From Atractiella rhizophila (taxonomy: Eukaryota): DNA of 40,961 nt. The notes beneath the pieces were generated by a model. It made no database searches. It was given only the letters and a program-made list of their open reading frames with translations, and was not told the DNA's origin. The translations under genes were made by a program, and so were the position numbers. Below, one piece after another: positions 11,678 through 27,092 of this stretch. The stretch spans positions 62,001-102,961 of the forward strand of contig MU271213.1 of the NCBI GenBank assembly GCA_021432655.1, given 5' to 3'. Each line of letters opens with the position of its first letter. Position 1 is the stretch's first letter.

Positions 11678-12059
11678 TCATCAATATAGAGCTGCTTCAG
11701 CTCACAACAAGTGCAGCATCTGCAACTTCAATGGTAGATCACCCTCCTTGATAGAGCAATGATAGTATAAGTGTTAGTTCAAAATGCAGCTACACCTATT
11801 CAGCTTTACTCAATGTATTTGTTTGTAAGTTAAATCGAGTTCTCAAAATTCATCTTCAGGTTTTTATGGGACAAGCCAGCTACAAGCCGTCAGGATTTCA
11901 TTCTTTCATTCAATCTCTTGCCTGCTTTGGCGGACGTGGGATGTCGTGGGATCGCGCGGAGTGACTACCCTCTCGGTGATGTCTGCCTGTGCCGGCGCAA
12001 TTTGCAAATGACAATGACCTTTTGTGAGTGCAATTGCATGCTCAGCGGCTAAGCTAAGC

Positions 12060-12067
12060 TATATAAG
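12060..12067 (+). promoter_or_regulatory. Putative TATA box of the M20 peptidase gene
   Basis: TATATAAG lies about 35 nt upstream of ATG 12100. Confidence 0.4.
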
Positions 12068-12099
12068 AACGACCATCTTGTTTCCTGCCTGTTTTCAAG

Positions 12100-15051
12100 A
12101 TGGATTTCAAGCCCGAGTCTGGCGACATAACTGAGGTCTATACCCTCCAAAAGAACTTTCTATGCGGTGAGCGCATCAATCGTGCACAAGAACGGCTTCG
12201 TCGTTTCCCTGCTTGGGTATCTCATGTGTTCTTCTTTGGTATCTCGGTGGCAACATTCTACTATCTCTTGTGCAAATGGAGCCCTTCCTTCTCCTCTTCT
12301 AGCGATGATGTGAGGGGTTTGTGTCCCCAGTACGACTCGATTACCCCGGAAGGAGCAGAGGGGACCTGGGATACGATTGGCTCTTTGACATGGAGAAATG
12401 AGAGCATCACGTTGCTGAGTGAGGCTATTAAAATCAAGACAGAGAGTTGGGATGATGAGGATGAAGTTGGGAAGGATGAACGATGGGATGTTTTCTATCG
12501 GGTACGTCCTCTCCTTTTTGGTGAGCAGGGGCCGCCACAAGTTGTGGGATCTACGAGAGGTTTCTACAGCCTTGAGGCTGTATCCTCAACGGAATGGGGT
12601 AACTTACACATGTGAGAGCTGCAGAGCATGCCATGACAAATTCCAATAGAGATGAGGCTAACTCTGTCATATCTCTGCGCTTGGAAAGCCACTTCCACAA
12701 AACAATGTTAATGGGCAAATGGATGAAAGCGATGTCGCGCCGCGCCATTGTTTCAGAGCCGATGGCAAACAAACGCTTCTTTAACTAGTATATCGTGCCG
12801 GATGTAGTCTAGAGAGTGAGGATATGTGAAAAAGGACGGAAGGTTATAGTTTCTCAGAATGATGGAGAGTGTCATCCATTTGCGACGTATTCGGAGCTAA
12901 AGCACGCATAACATTGCCTTTACCCTCGCTTTGTTGTTGATATGTCTAAATGTCGCTTAATGGAAGGAACTTCAGCAATTTTATGTTGAGCGTGAAGTGA
13001 CAGAAATCGAACTATTTCAGCCCAGCTATTTTCGCCAACTCCATTACAACTGACACTAGTCTTCCCTTTAGTTCTCGGAGTACCTCAAAAATGCCTTCCC
13101 TCTGGTTCACTCCACCCTCGACCTTACTCGCGTCAACACTCATGGTCTTCTCTATACCTGGGAAGGGAGTGACAAGAGTAAGAAGCCGATCATGCTCATG
13201 GCGCATCAAGACACTGTAAGTTGGCTCATTTCCAACCTCCTTCATCCTGAAGTTGACTAGGTCCCTGTCAACATGGCTACGCTGGACCAATGGGATTATC
13301 GTACGCTTTTTGCATTCTGTATCGAAGAATTAACTGAGATATGGCGAAGCTCCTTGGAGTGGTCACTATGACGGAACTTACGTTTGGGGACGAGGTGCCA
13401 GCGATTGCAAGACGCTCCTTATCAGTGAATTGCAGGCTGTCACACTCCTTATCAAACAGGGTTTCACTCCGCGTCGGACGATAATACTCTCCTTCGGCTT
13501 CGATGAAGAAACTGGTGGCCCTCGTGTACTTTCTCTATTTCACCCTAGAACTAACGCTGACAGTTTGGCCGGGACTCCAGGGTGCTGGGAAGATCGGAGA
13601 GTATTTGTTGGAAAAGTATGGGGAAGATAGCATTGAGATTATTGTTGATGAAGGTGCCACGGGAGTTGGCGAGTTCTTTGGCCAGACATTCGCTTTGCCT
13701 GCTGCAGGAGAGAAGGGATATGTGGACGTTAATGTACTGCCCTTGCTTCATTCCATCAGACGTGAGCTGATACATGAGACAGATCACTCTGTCGACCCAA
13801 GGAGGTGAGAACTCGACCTCGCTCTCAATTATGGTACTGAATGCTAGGGTCAGGTCATTCTTCTGTGCCACCAGTTCATACGGGTAGAGTTCTCTCCTTT
13901 TTATGCTCGAGCACAATGCTCACCTCTCCATGGCAGGGATTGGCATTATATCTCGCATCGTTACCACACTGGAAGCCAATCCTCACATCCCTGATCTTAC
14001 ACCCACCAACCCTTACTATACAATGCTCAAGTGTGGTGCCGAGCACAGTCCTGACTTCCCTCCCAAGCTCAGGACCCTCGTGAAGAAGGCGGACACATGC
14101 CCTCACGCGAAGAAGCAGCTGGAGCGGGAAATCGTGAAAACCCAGCCACGGGCAACCGAGATGTTGTTTACAACCAGTCAAGCTATTGGTCTGTTGGTCT
14201 ATCTTTCTCCATGTACGGAGATCGTGATGAACCACGTTTAGACATTATTGGCGGCGGGGTGAAAGTCAATGCTCTCCCAGTACGCAACCCTATTCTCCTC
14301 TTGAAAGGCTCAAGTTGATTGTGTTACAGGAGCTCACCTTTGTTGTGGTCGACCACCGTATCAGGCCAGGAAGTACACCTGAGGTGCGTAATTCTCATCA
14401 TATCTTTCTGACTTCTCTGTGGTCGAGCGTAATGGAACTAGGACATCATGGAACATGTAGCCTCCCTTATCGACCCGATTGCGCAAGAGTTCAGCCTTGA
14501 TGTTGAAGCTTTTGGCATAAGCAGAAATCACTCGACTTCTGAAGAGTGGGGAGGAGCTCTCAAACTTACAGCAATCAAGTGAGGCATTCAACTCCTCCAA
14601 AGCTTGCCTGCTCTGCTCATAACTTGAATGAAGGCCACTCAATCCTGCCCCGGTGTCTCCACCCAATGATGCTTGGGCCAAATTATCAGGTACTATCCGA
14701 CATGTCTACGAGAATGATGAATATCCCAAGGTCATTGTTGCGCCGGCGATCATGACGGGTGAGCGCTAGGATCAACATATGTGAAACTATTTTCTGATGA
14801 AAGAACTCTAATAGGAAACACTGATACACGTCACATGTGGCCACTAAGCAAGAGTATTTATCGCTTCTCTCCCTCCCATGCGTCCTCTACCTCGAGCGGC
14901 ATCCCAGACGGGATTCACACTGTTAACGAGCGTTCATCTGTGGACGACCGTACGTAATCCCTAAGTCTTCGCGGTAGGGAGCTGATAAATATTGATTACA
15001 GTTGTTCGTGCCGCCTACTTCATTCACTCGCTGATCAAAAACTTCGATTAA
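12100..15051 (+). CDS. CPS1: M20 family Gly-Xaa carboxypeptidase (vacuolar carboxypeptidase S-like), multi-exon
   Basis: N-terminal type II TM anchor, then motifs PIMLMAHQDTVPV, VWGRGASDCK, SFGFDEETGG, IVDEG, EKG, GGHSSVPP, GGVKVNALP, MTGNTDTRHMW and IHTVNE. Intron 1 (12502-13071) joins FYR to FSEYLKNAFPLVH. Confidence 0.92.
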
Positions 15052-15385
15052 TCTGCGCCATTGTATTGATCGGCAGCCTGAAAGCAATATACATGTACCA
15101 GCCCAAAGTACCTTGTGCACCCCCTCGTTCCGCTAAACTTGTTGGACCTTGAGAATGAGGAGTCGCTGTCCCCAATGCCTGTGCAGGAGTTTAGATCTCA
15201 GTCGGCATTAGCCTGAAAGCTGCAGGTTCAGGTTCACGCTATTGAAACTGTTAAAGAGACTCCCTCAATCAAGTTTACTCATCGCCGTTGAATAAAACCC
15301 GTGGTGGTCATGAGCGCGTATGGACACAGAAGATATAGATTTCAAAGCAATCCCAATCCCAATTCTACTGCATGCGGTAAGGTAC

Positions 15386-18114
<2,729 letters not shown>

Positions 18115-18421
18115 TCACCTTATCGATTTACAACAGAATATTATCCTATACCCTCCTCAGAGATCCTTTTTAAGCCTTTTCAAGGCGAGCAGGAAATTGC
18201 GAGCTTTGTCTCGTTTCCACGTCGTGTTGAAGCCAACCTTCTTTCCACACTTGTTCGGTTCCGTGTCAGCCGAGAAATACATCATTTTGTTATCTCATGT
18301 CCTCAGGCTTTGATAGCTTCCAGACGCACATAACATAATACCAACTACAATGTGCATGTTAAACATTTGATTTTGACTTCAATCATTCCAAATCCTTCCC
18401 ATCAACAATTTCCATTATCGT

Positions 18422-19900
18422 TCAAAGCCAATCAGAGTCAACCCAACTGGTGTAGGAAGAACCCAAAACGGTGCTGATAGCCGGAGCTCTCATAAGCATA
18501 TTATAACGTTATCAGAACAAGGGATACTTGCCTGATGCTGACGGCTGATGACAGCTGGGTAGCGAAGGAAGCACGACCACTCTTCCATGCTCCGCTCCTA
18601 TTACGCGAATGGTTTATTTTATGACAGGTACAAGCTAGAAGACGTACCCCGTGTTCCCATATTCTCCAAAGGTGACATGATCCGTTCGTGGATCAGATGA
18701 GCTCCATTCGACCCATCCAGCGGCTGGGACGATGGAGGAAATAGAGCTCTTTTGGAAGATGACTCTGCAAGGTTAATTTTTCAGCAATCATGTTCGCAAA
18801 AAGATAGGAACCAGTGACCTGGCATAGTTCCTCCATGGCCTCCCCAAATAACAAGTCCCCGTTCCTTGGATGGTGGAAGAGTCGATGACGTAGTAGTTCG
18901 AGTCTGCGCTCGACCTTCCAGACGCAGTGATATAACCACTAGCAATAGTGTTTATGGTGGAATGCGTGATCCAGATGGATGCCGTTTGGCCAAAGATGAA
19001 ATCTGTCGCCTTCATCGAAAGAGAAGATGAGATGACCAGGTATTATGGAAGGATGGGGATGACATGAGGACAACGTACACCTTGGATAAGCGAGTAGCTG
19101 TAGAACTGAGTCCCGACATTGGCAAGCAGGGTATCTTTACAAGTTTTTAGCAGGCATTCGCTAAGGCAGAACGCTCACCTTGATATCCCCTAAGCTGACA
19201 ACCATAACATCCGAAAGTGCCAGCCTGAACCGAAAGAGCAATAGCCTGAGCTTGATCGACCGGTTTCCCATAAGTATTCTCGATGTTGAGATTGTAAACT
19301 GCACACATTGTTCACTTCACGGGCTGAAACTACGCAACATGCTTTACGTTTCACGCCAGTGGCCAGAACGCGAACAGTTCCCGAAAGATCGTTGTTTCCC
19401 GCTGAAGAAGCGGGCATATTACGAGAAATAGTGACGACGTTCGAGCTATAGCTCTTCCTGTTGGTGGATTGACCGAAGATTTGGACGTTGGCTCTGTATG
19501 GAGGGGGTTAATGAAACTTCTGCCGTTTTCTAAAAGGCAAGACAGCATACCGAGAGATCACAACCTGCTCGGTGTAGTTCCCAGAGTAGATGTAGTATAT
19601 ATTGCTATTGGAGATTTCCTCAGCCCTGGTGCGTGGTTTTGAGAGAAACTTGCAAACCTAGACGTGTCCGCTAGTGCTGCAGTGATCGTGGAGTATGTAC
19701 CTTGACCATTTTTGCCGACTGTATGCTCATGAGTAGGCTGATACACGAAGGAAAGAACGCCACCTACCAGTGATAGCGCCGCTGGGAATGGCAGTAGATG
19801 TTGTTCGCTTCGCAGCCTCAACTGGAGAAGGGACGCCGACCAAGGGGCTCGAGAGCACGCCGACGAGGCAGATCGCAAAGGTGAATAAATGCTTGTACAT
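18422..19900 (-). CDS. Secreted pectin methylesterase (carbohydrate esterase family 8)
   Basis: Signal peptide MYKHLFTFAICLVGVLS and a KR propeptide site. After splicing, all hallmark motifs are present: GTYSTITAA, QAIAL, GYQDT, DFIFG and YLGRPW. Confidence 0.95.
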
Positions 19901-19966
19901 GTTTCTAAAGACAACGAGCAGCGAAACAGGCAAAACGCCAAAATTGATAGTGCCTGATTGGGCTGT

Positions 19967-19974
19967 CTTTTATA
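19967..19974 (-). promoter_or_regulatory. Putative TATA box of the pectin methylesterase gene
   Basis: TATAAAAG on the minus strand, about 70 nt upstream of the ATG. Confidence 0.45.
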
Positions 19975-20510
19975 AGACACGGGAAAGAGAGCAGACTTCA
20001 TAACTTGCAATATCATGGAACGGGAGGGAGTTGAGGTGGGACCGGATCCACGCTCCATTGTCCGGATCTTCCTGGGCTGCGACACATTCTCACACATTCT
20101 CCACACTCCTCGCGGTCCGGATTGGTAGAGGAGCGAGCATGGATGGCGGAAAGATATTGCAGCGAATATGGGCTAGTTGTGCAGGATGGTCACGCTGGCA
20201 GTAACGACGATAGGTAACAAGCGGGAAAGTAGCCGGTAAGCCAGCCAGGAGGTAGAAATCTTCCATGTGCTCAACACTTTCACTGTGAAGCGATGCAGTT
20301 GGGTTGAGATGTATTAGGAAGTCGTATTAACAAAGTTGCCTGGTGGATTCAAGCACCAATTGCTGTAAGAATGATCGGAGTGCAGGAGGGCATTCCCTAA
20401 AGCAGAGAGGGAAGTGATTGCAGTCGTTCGGAATCTTAGATTGCAGAATTACACAAAGACTTCTGCTCTTAACTTTAAACGCTCTTCAAGAGGCGCATGA
20501 AGGCAGATCT

Positions 20511-20733
20511 CAATGAGATTTTGGCTTGGGCTAAGTTGTCCCCAATCACGAAAGCGTGAGCACGATCAAAATGGATAATAAAGTGATTGGGGAAAAGGAA
20601 GAGAATTTCGCAGGCGCTCCCTTATAGTACCGGACTTGCGGTGAAGTGCCACATGTTTGCTGATGCATCAGAATGCACGGCAAACACGGCAAACACGCTT
20701 CGCATTCCATTGTTTCCATCACCCTTTCCAACA
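20511..20733 (-). repeat. Dispersed repeat, copy B (inverted relative to 3888-4089, with a ~20 nt extra segment)
   Basis: Reverse-complement similarity to 3888-4089. It is also visible as similar peptides in ORFs 3836-4141 and 20546-20734. Confidence 0.85.
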
Positions 20734-21048
20734 ATCTCCAATAATGTTAAACAAAGCGAAGAGACACTTCCAGCGACTCGACCAGCAACTGTTCGCCTCT
20801 TCCTCTGGTTCTCATGCTGAGGTGGAATGACGACTCACGTTTGCCTGGTAGCACCTTCTAAACTGCGTAATATCACAGTTGATTATCATAATCCAACCAG
20901 CCATATGTACGTGCAACACAGCGGGGCTACATTCCAATGCTCAAAGAAGAAGCCCTAACCCTACCTCGAATTAACAGGAAATGTGAAATGGACATCTATT
21001 GGATAGGAACGAGTCCCAACCCAGTTCCAGCGTAAACATAACAGAAAG

Positions 21049-23670
21049 ATGTCGGCTCTGCCTCCTCTTCCTGGTACCCCTACGAATACAGCTCCGGTGC
21101 TTGCAGACGAAGAAGCGGATGCAGCACCAGAAACACCATCGATGCCACTTCCGGCGCGTCCATCGATTCCCGCGACGCCAACCAAAGAAGGAGGTTTTAG
21201 AAACGATATCATGACGCCAGATGTAAAGCAGGACGTAAAGAAAGAACGTATGGGAAACGAAGGAGACGGATTGAAGGGCGAAGAGGAAATGCGAGAGAAG
21301 GAGAAGCAGAAAGAGGTTCTGAAGGAGTTCGATCCTTTTGGTGCAGCTGCAGCTGATAACGTTGAAGGTGAGGCGGAGAAGGAAGTTGGGAAAGGGGACG
21401 AGAAGGAAGATCTCATGGTTACATCGTCGAAACCATCACTGGAGGATCGCCCGCCAAATTCCCCACCACCACCTCCCCCTCCAAAGCTCGTTACCGCTCC
21501 TTCTGCTTCAAACACGCCTTCTCAGTCCTCTCCATTGACCATAAATCCTTTTGCCACCCTTTCGAGCGTCTTCAGGAAGCTCCCGCCCTTCTCTCCAACA
21601 CATTCACGGAACAACTCAGTCCCTAGCACTCCTCCTCCCGCTCCACAGAAGGATAATCCTCTGGATAAGGAAGTGGGGAAGGAAGACGAGCCCAAGTTTG
21701 ATTATCAGAAATTCTTGGAGAAGATGAGGGATAGAAGAGCTGATGGAGTCGGAAAATATCTGCGCAGGTTCGTCCCTTTCTGAGGTCCTGAGCAGCTAAC
21801 TAATGAGGTCGATCTGGGGTGGAAACAGTTTTCTGAAACACTTTCAAGCGAAGCCTCCGCGAACAATACCTGATCAGATCAAAGTCATTAACGACTTCCT
21901 GGACTTTATTGCACTCAAGATGCGGGAAAACGATCTATTCTATCCATCCCGGCTTCCACAAAAGGTCCGTCTGCCCCTATCTCGCTAGCTGGAAAAGAAA
22001 ACTGATGTGAGAGGAAGGAAGAGAGCGGAAGCTGAGTTCGAGATCAATCTGGAAGCGATGGAGAAGTTAGTCCTTAATCGACTGTGGCATTTGTGAGTAT
22101 CTCGGTACTATTTAACCGTTACTACAACAGCAACTTTTATAGAACATTTACGCCGGTTTTAAACCAATCTGGGTCCACTCGTCCCCCATCCGACGACCTG
22201 GAACGTGACCACGTCCTCTCTCAGCGCATTTTCCTCTTCCGATGGATTGAACCCAAACACCTCGATCTCCCGTTCCCTCGTCCCAAGACAAAGAAGGAAG
22301 GAGCGGAGGGAGAGGAAGGTGTTGATGCGGAGGCGGAGAGAGAAGAGGAAGACGAGCGCGAGGACGGCGGTTGGGACCATTACATTCCCTTTGCCCAGCG
22401 GGAGTTGGGGAACATCAATCACTACAAAGCTCCAAGAGATAAAATCATCTGCGTCCTCAATTGCTGTAAAGTCATCTTCGGTCTGTCCCTCCTCTCGGCT
22501 TTGTCGACTGTTTCTCTGATAGCAGATGTGAGCAGGACTCATCAAGCAGGCAATGGGCAATTCGGAAACTGGGGCAGACGCTTTCATTCCCATTCTCATC
22601 TACATCGTCCTCAAGAGTAACCCCGAACACCTTGTCAGCAATTTGCAATTCGTGATGCGGTTCAGGAACCCGGAGAAATTGGCAGGAGAGACTGGTTACT
22701 ACCTCTCCTCTCTCGTGCGTCCTGTCCTGGTCTATTCCGCTTAAGCATGAGTGTTCAGTGTGGTTGGTACAGAATGCCGCTATTAGCTTCATTGAGACAT
22801 TAGATTGGAGCAATCTCTCTAATATCTCACAGGAGGAATTTGAGCGGTAAGTATTTCTAAAGCTAGAGCAATGTTTTTCATAGAACTCGTTGATTTGTAG
22901 GAATGTGGAATCCGCCATTTCAGATCTACCCACAGAGTTCAAGTCCGACTTTGCTTTAGCCACTCCAAATCTAGCAAACACAATGCTTCCATCGTTTCCT
23001 CCTTCCGCTCCCGCTCCACCTTCTATATCAGAACAACCAACTCGCTGTCCCGCCGCCGTCTACTCCTCAGCGCCCGCATCCAGATACACAGACTACGGCG
23101 TCAACTTCGACCTCTCCTCTCCCTATTCCCATCATGGGAACACTCCGGAAAATGGCCTCGCAGACGGACCTCCTCTCCACTTCTCCCTCAAACACCGCCG
23201 AGCTAACATCTCCTCAACCTCTCTTCCCCAATTCAGCACAAGTCGAAGCTCAAGCACGAGCCTTCTTCCAACGTTCCACCGATCTCGCTCAGCACGCCCA
23301 AAGGACCGTGTCGAAACCTCTCATGGCGGTGGGGAAGATTTTTGAAGATCTGACGAGACGTGGAAGTACAGATAGCGAAAGGACAGGCGAGGAGGAGGAG
23401 AGAGACGGCCCGATGAGTCCGCTGCAGAATCCCCAGAGGGTTAGGAGAGGATATACGTTGCCGGAAGAGGGGATGTATTTGCCGGATGGTATGGACGACG
23501 ATGAGGCTGAGGAGACGGTGCGAAATGCGCATAATCGACGGCACGATGCTGCCTTGGGAACTTTGCAGGCTATGTTCCCCGATGCGGATAAAGAAGTTGT
23601 CGAGATGGTGCTCTTGAGTAATAGTGGGGATTTGGGAAAGACTATTGACCATTTGTTGGAGATGACGTGA
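21049..23670 (+). CDS. VPS9: Vps9 Rab5/Vps21 guanine-nucleotide exchange factor with C-terminal CUE domain
   Basis: FDYQKFLEKMR, AMEKLVLNRLW, DDLERDHVLSQRI, INHYKAPRDKIICVLNCCKVIFG, GADAFIPILIYIVLKSNP, GETGYYLSSL, and the CUE motif LQAMFPDADKEVVEMVL...TIDHLLEM. Confidence 0.96.
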
Positions 23671-23677
23671 AGTTAGC

Positions 23678-26653
23678 TTAACCAGCCTCTGGTTCTACCT
23701 CAGGTTGAGAGAGGAGAGAGGAAATCTGTTCATGTACATTCAGCTTCATAGATACAGATAGTAGAGGGATTTGAAGCACCTTTTTCAATAAATCCGAAGC
23801 GTGAGAAGCTTCCTTCGACGGTATCTTGCCTGCTTCCAGATCGTCTCGTAGTTGAGTTGCAGTGGTCGTCAGCCTTTCCATCACTTGCTCTCTTCTGCCA
23901 TTGCCATCACTTGAGTCGTACCCATCCAACGATGCCCCTAAAGCTGATACAGCCTGAATACGCGCTTTGTAGATCCTATCATCCCGTACAATCTCGATGA
24001 GTTGATCTCTAATTCCTTGGCTGACTTCGACCGGAATCGCGACTCGCTTGGCTGAGAAGATCTTGTACAGCGCATGCGCCGTGTTCCACCGTAGCTTTGC
24101 GACTTCGGACTTCAGAGCGGTCTGCAACACTTCGATGGAGTTGATGATGTCGTTGGAGGGAAGGAAGGAGTCTCCGAGCGCAAAGATGCAGCCGAGCGAA
24201 CGTACGATGTTGCCTTGTACCTTGTTGAAAGCAGTATGCTATCAAGGAATGTAAGGAAGGGGATTTGGAAGCACTCACGTTTGCCGAAGAAGTCTTGTGA
24301 AAAACAGAAATTAGAGATTCGATGAGAGCGTGCGTCAGGCTGTCGGAGAACATGACTGGCGGATCACTGTCTGCGATGTTCGCTAATGCCCAAGTGAGAG
24401 GGTAACGGGTTTGTTCTGGAGCGAAAGGATCGTTGAGGAGCATGAGGAGGAAGTCTACGAGTTCTTGTTGATCCTATCATCCTTTGTTAATTCTCACCGC
24501 ACTGAGAGGCACGTGGGAGGAATGACGGACGATTATGGAATGCATCTTGTCGAACAAGAATCCGATGCTTCGAATGGCTGATATCTTGACATCCACATCC
24601 TCGTCCAGGGTTAAGACTTTGAGTTTCTGAAACGTTTGTTCGGTCGATTTGTTCCACGCCAGCAAGAAAGAGCATGAGGCAGACTTAACGGCTGGTTCAT
24701 TTGACGAATCGAGGAGATGCTGTATCGTCCGAAGGTCCTCTTCAAATGCCTTTTCCATGTGATCACCAGCGGCTGAAGGAGGTAGGATAGCTGCTAAACA
24801 TTTGAGTTGCAAAAGCTTCGTTTCCGTCTTTGACTGTGCCAAACTATGTTTAACGATTTGGATGACCGACTTCAAATCAGACGCGGTGACGCTGAGGAGT
24901 AACAGGCTCCATAGAATTTCTGCATTTTCTCCATCCGCCTTTTCGCTCTGCAGCCTCGACAATACCTTCTTCGTGATCCCATCTTTTCCCAGGTCTCCTA
25001 CAAGAACAGTACTTTCGCATTCGTACTTTCGACAAACCTCTAGGATCCTCATTGTCACCGCCACCGCTGCTGCACAGACTTCCCTCGCATCCAATGGTTC
25101 CAAGAAGGTGAGAACATTTCGGAGGAGGTTCTGTAAGAGGGAAGGGTGGAGTTTGTCATATGGCGAATTATCGACGATTGTGCTGGCGAGGAAGAGGATA
25201 GAGGTGAGGAGGTTCGATGGATAGTTGGAGCAATATGGTTTCAGGAGGAGACCGTACATTCGAGAGTGTAGCTCGCGCACCATTCCTCCGAGTCGTTCAG
25301 AGAGGGATATGAAGGATGAACTTGGCCTTCCGGTTTGAGATCGTAGGTTGCCCCTCCCTCTCCCTCTCCCTCTCCCTTGCCCTTGGATTGAGAGGTTGGA
25401 GGTCGAAACTTGAAGTGATGGGTCTTCTGCGATCTTGAGATAGCTCTCAGAGCCTTCCAAGAGAAGTTTGGCCAATTTGACCGCGTTCAAGCGGACGAGA
25501 GAGGAAGAGTCAGAGCTGATGAGACTGAAGAGGTTGTTGTTCGAGGTAGAGAGAGAGTAGTAGGCGGAGTTGGGATAGAAGGGAAAGAAGAGGTTGAAGT
25601 ACGGATGGAAGGTCTTTGGAGATTTCGATGTCGAAATGACCGAATGGAGGAGATTCAGCGCCGCGTTTCGGATCTTGGATGCTATGACACGGCGGGATTC
25701 TTCTGGCGTTACATTTTGACGCTCTTCGCTCTCTGATTCCGAAGGAGTAGTCTCTCGCTTTCTCCAAGAAGTGGACATGGAGTTTCCAACCGCTGAAACA
25801 GTATAGGAAGCAGAAGGGCTCGCATCCCTCTTTGAAGGTGTAGAGGGAAAGGGTTTGCGAAAGGATGTTGCACTCGAAATAGAAGAGGTTGAGGTGCGTT
25901 TGCTTAAAGTAGAATCAGGATCTCGAAAGTAAGCCCACCAAGTGAGGTTATCGAACGCGTCTGTATGGAGTTGCTTGAGGATCGGTTGGTCGGATCCTTT
26001 CTCTTTTTCCGATGGTAGCTTGAGCACTAGCGTGTTGATGAGTCGTAGAGAAACTTCGACGAGTTGTAGTCGTGATAACTCATCTGCTCCATGGCTATGA
26101 GAAAGGGAGGGTACGGAACTCCTATACTTCTGCTCCTGAATGAGGATGTGGTTCGTCTCGTCGTAAACGTTTTGGAAAGGTGATGGTTGTTTGGACGGGT
26201 AGGCGTTGACGGACACGATTGTGAGAAGGCAGGAGGCAGCCAGATGGCGCGTTTTGTGGTTTGCAGCTGTGTCCCGCAAGACGGACAGAAGGAAGGGAAA
26301 GAAAGAAGAGTCTTCCTGCTCTCCATCTCAGTTTGATTTGGAATAAGAGAAAGCGAGAAGAGCGCACAGGGGTGCAACCATCCCTCAATTTGACCTTGAA
26401 CGCGCTCAATCCGAGCTCGAGTGGACCATCCTGCGTTCTTATGCCTTCACCGTCACTCTCACTTTCTGTGAGCGATGGCTCCTTGATGCAGTTCTTCTTC
26501 GGTTTCTTCTTCAGCGTCCACGCTTTCAGGTGAGTCTCCAACCGTTCGAGCTCCACTTCCATCACTCCATCGCGGGTCTAACCAGCGTGTTGGGTCAGTA
26601 CTACAACCACAACAAGAACAACAGCTGACCTCTGCAGACCCTGCTTCCGTCAT
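23678..26653 (-). CDS. HEAT/ARM-repeat protein, HEATR6 (DUF4042)-like
   Basis: ATG 26653 splices in frame to exons at ~26580-26370 and to ORF 24477-26279. Motifs KIRNAAL, FHPYFNLFFP, SDSSSLVRLNA...LLEGSESYL, SFISLSERLGGMVRELH, and C-terminal KLRWNTAHAL / YKARIQAVSAL resemble HEATR6. Confidence 0.75.
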
Positions 26654-27092
26654 TTCCTCAGTTCTTTCCTATTCCTATTACTCCCCAAATTAACTTCTTC
26701 AGGACTTGCCAAGAAAGATGTGGTTCCCGATCACTATTTCCGTAGTCTGGTATTCCCGTTTCGGACGAACCGAATGCAGATCCGCTGGGGCTGACATAAA
26801 CTCAGCCATTCCAAAACAACATCCACTTGGACCACCACTCGCTTGAAGATTTCTAGACATCATAGAGTACACGTAGAGCAGCATCTTGCCAGCACACACA
26901 CAACTGCATACATCGCTCGATATATCGCTCACTCGGGATTCAGCCGCGGCGGGACTCACTAGCACGAAAGCAGTGATCACCTGAGCTCCACTCATTCATA
27001 TCAATCCATATCCCTCTCCCGAACTTCTCTCCTTCCAACCATCTACATTAACCACCACACAATATTCACAGCCAACGATAATAGAACTCACA

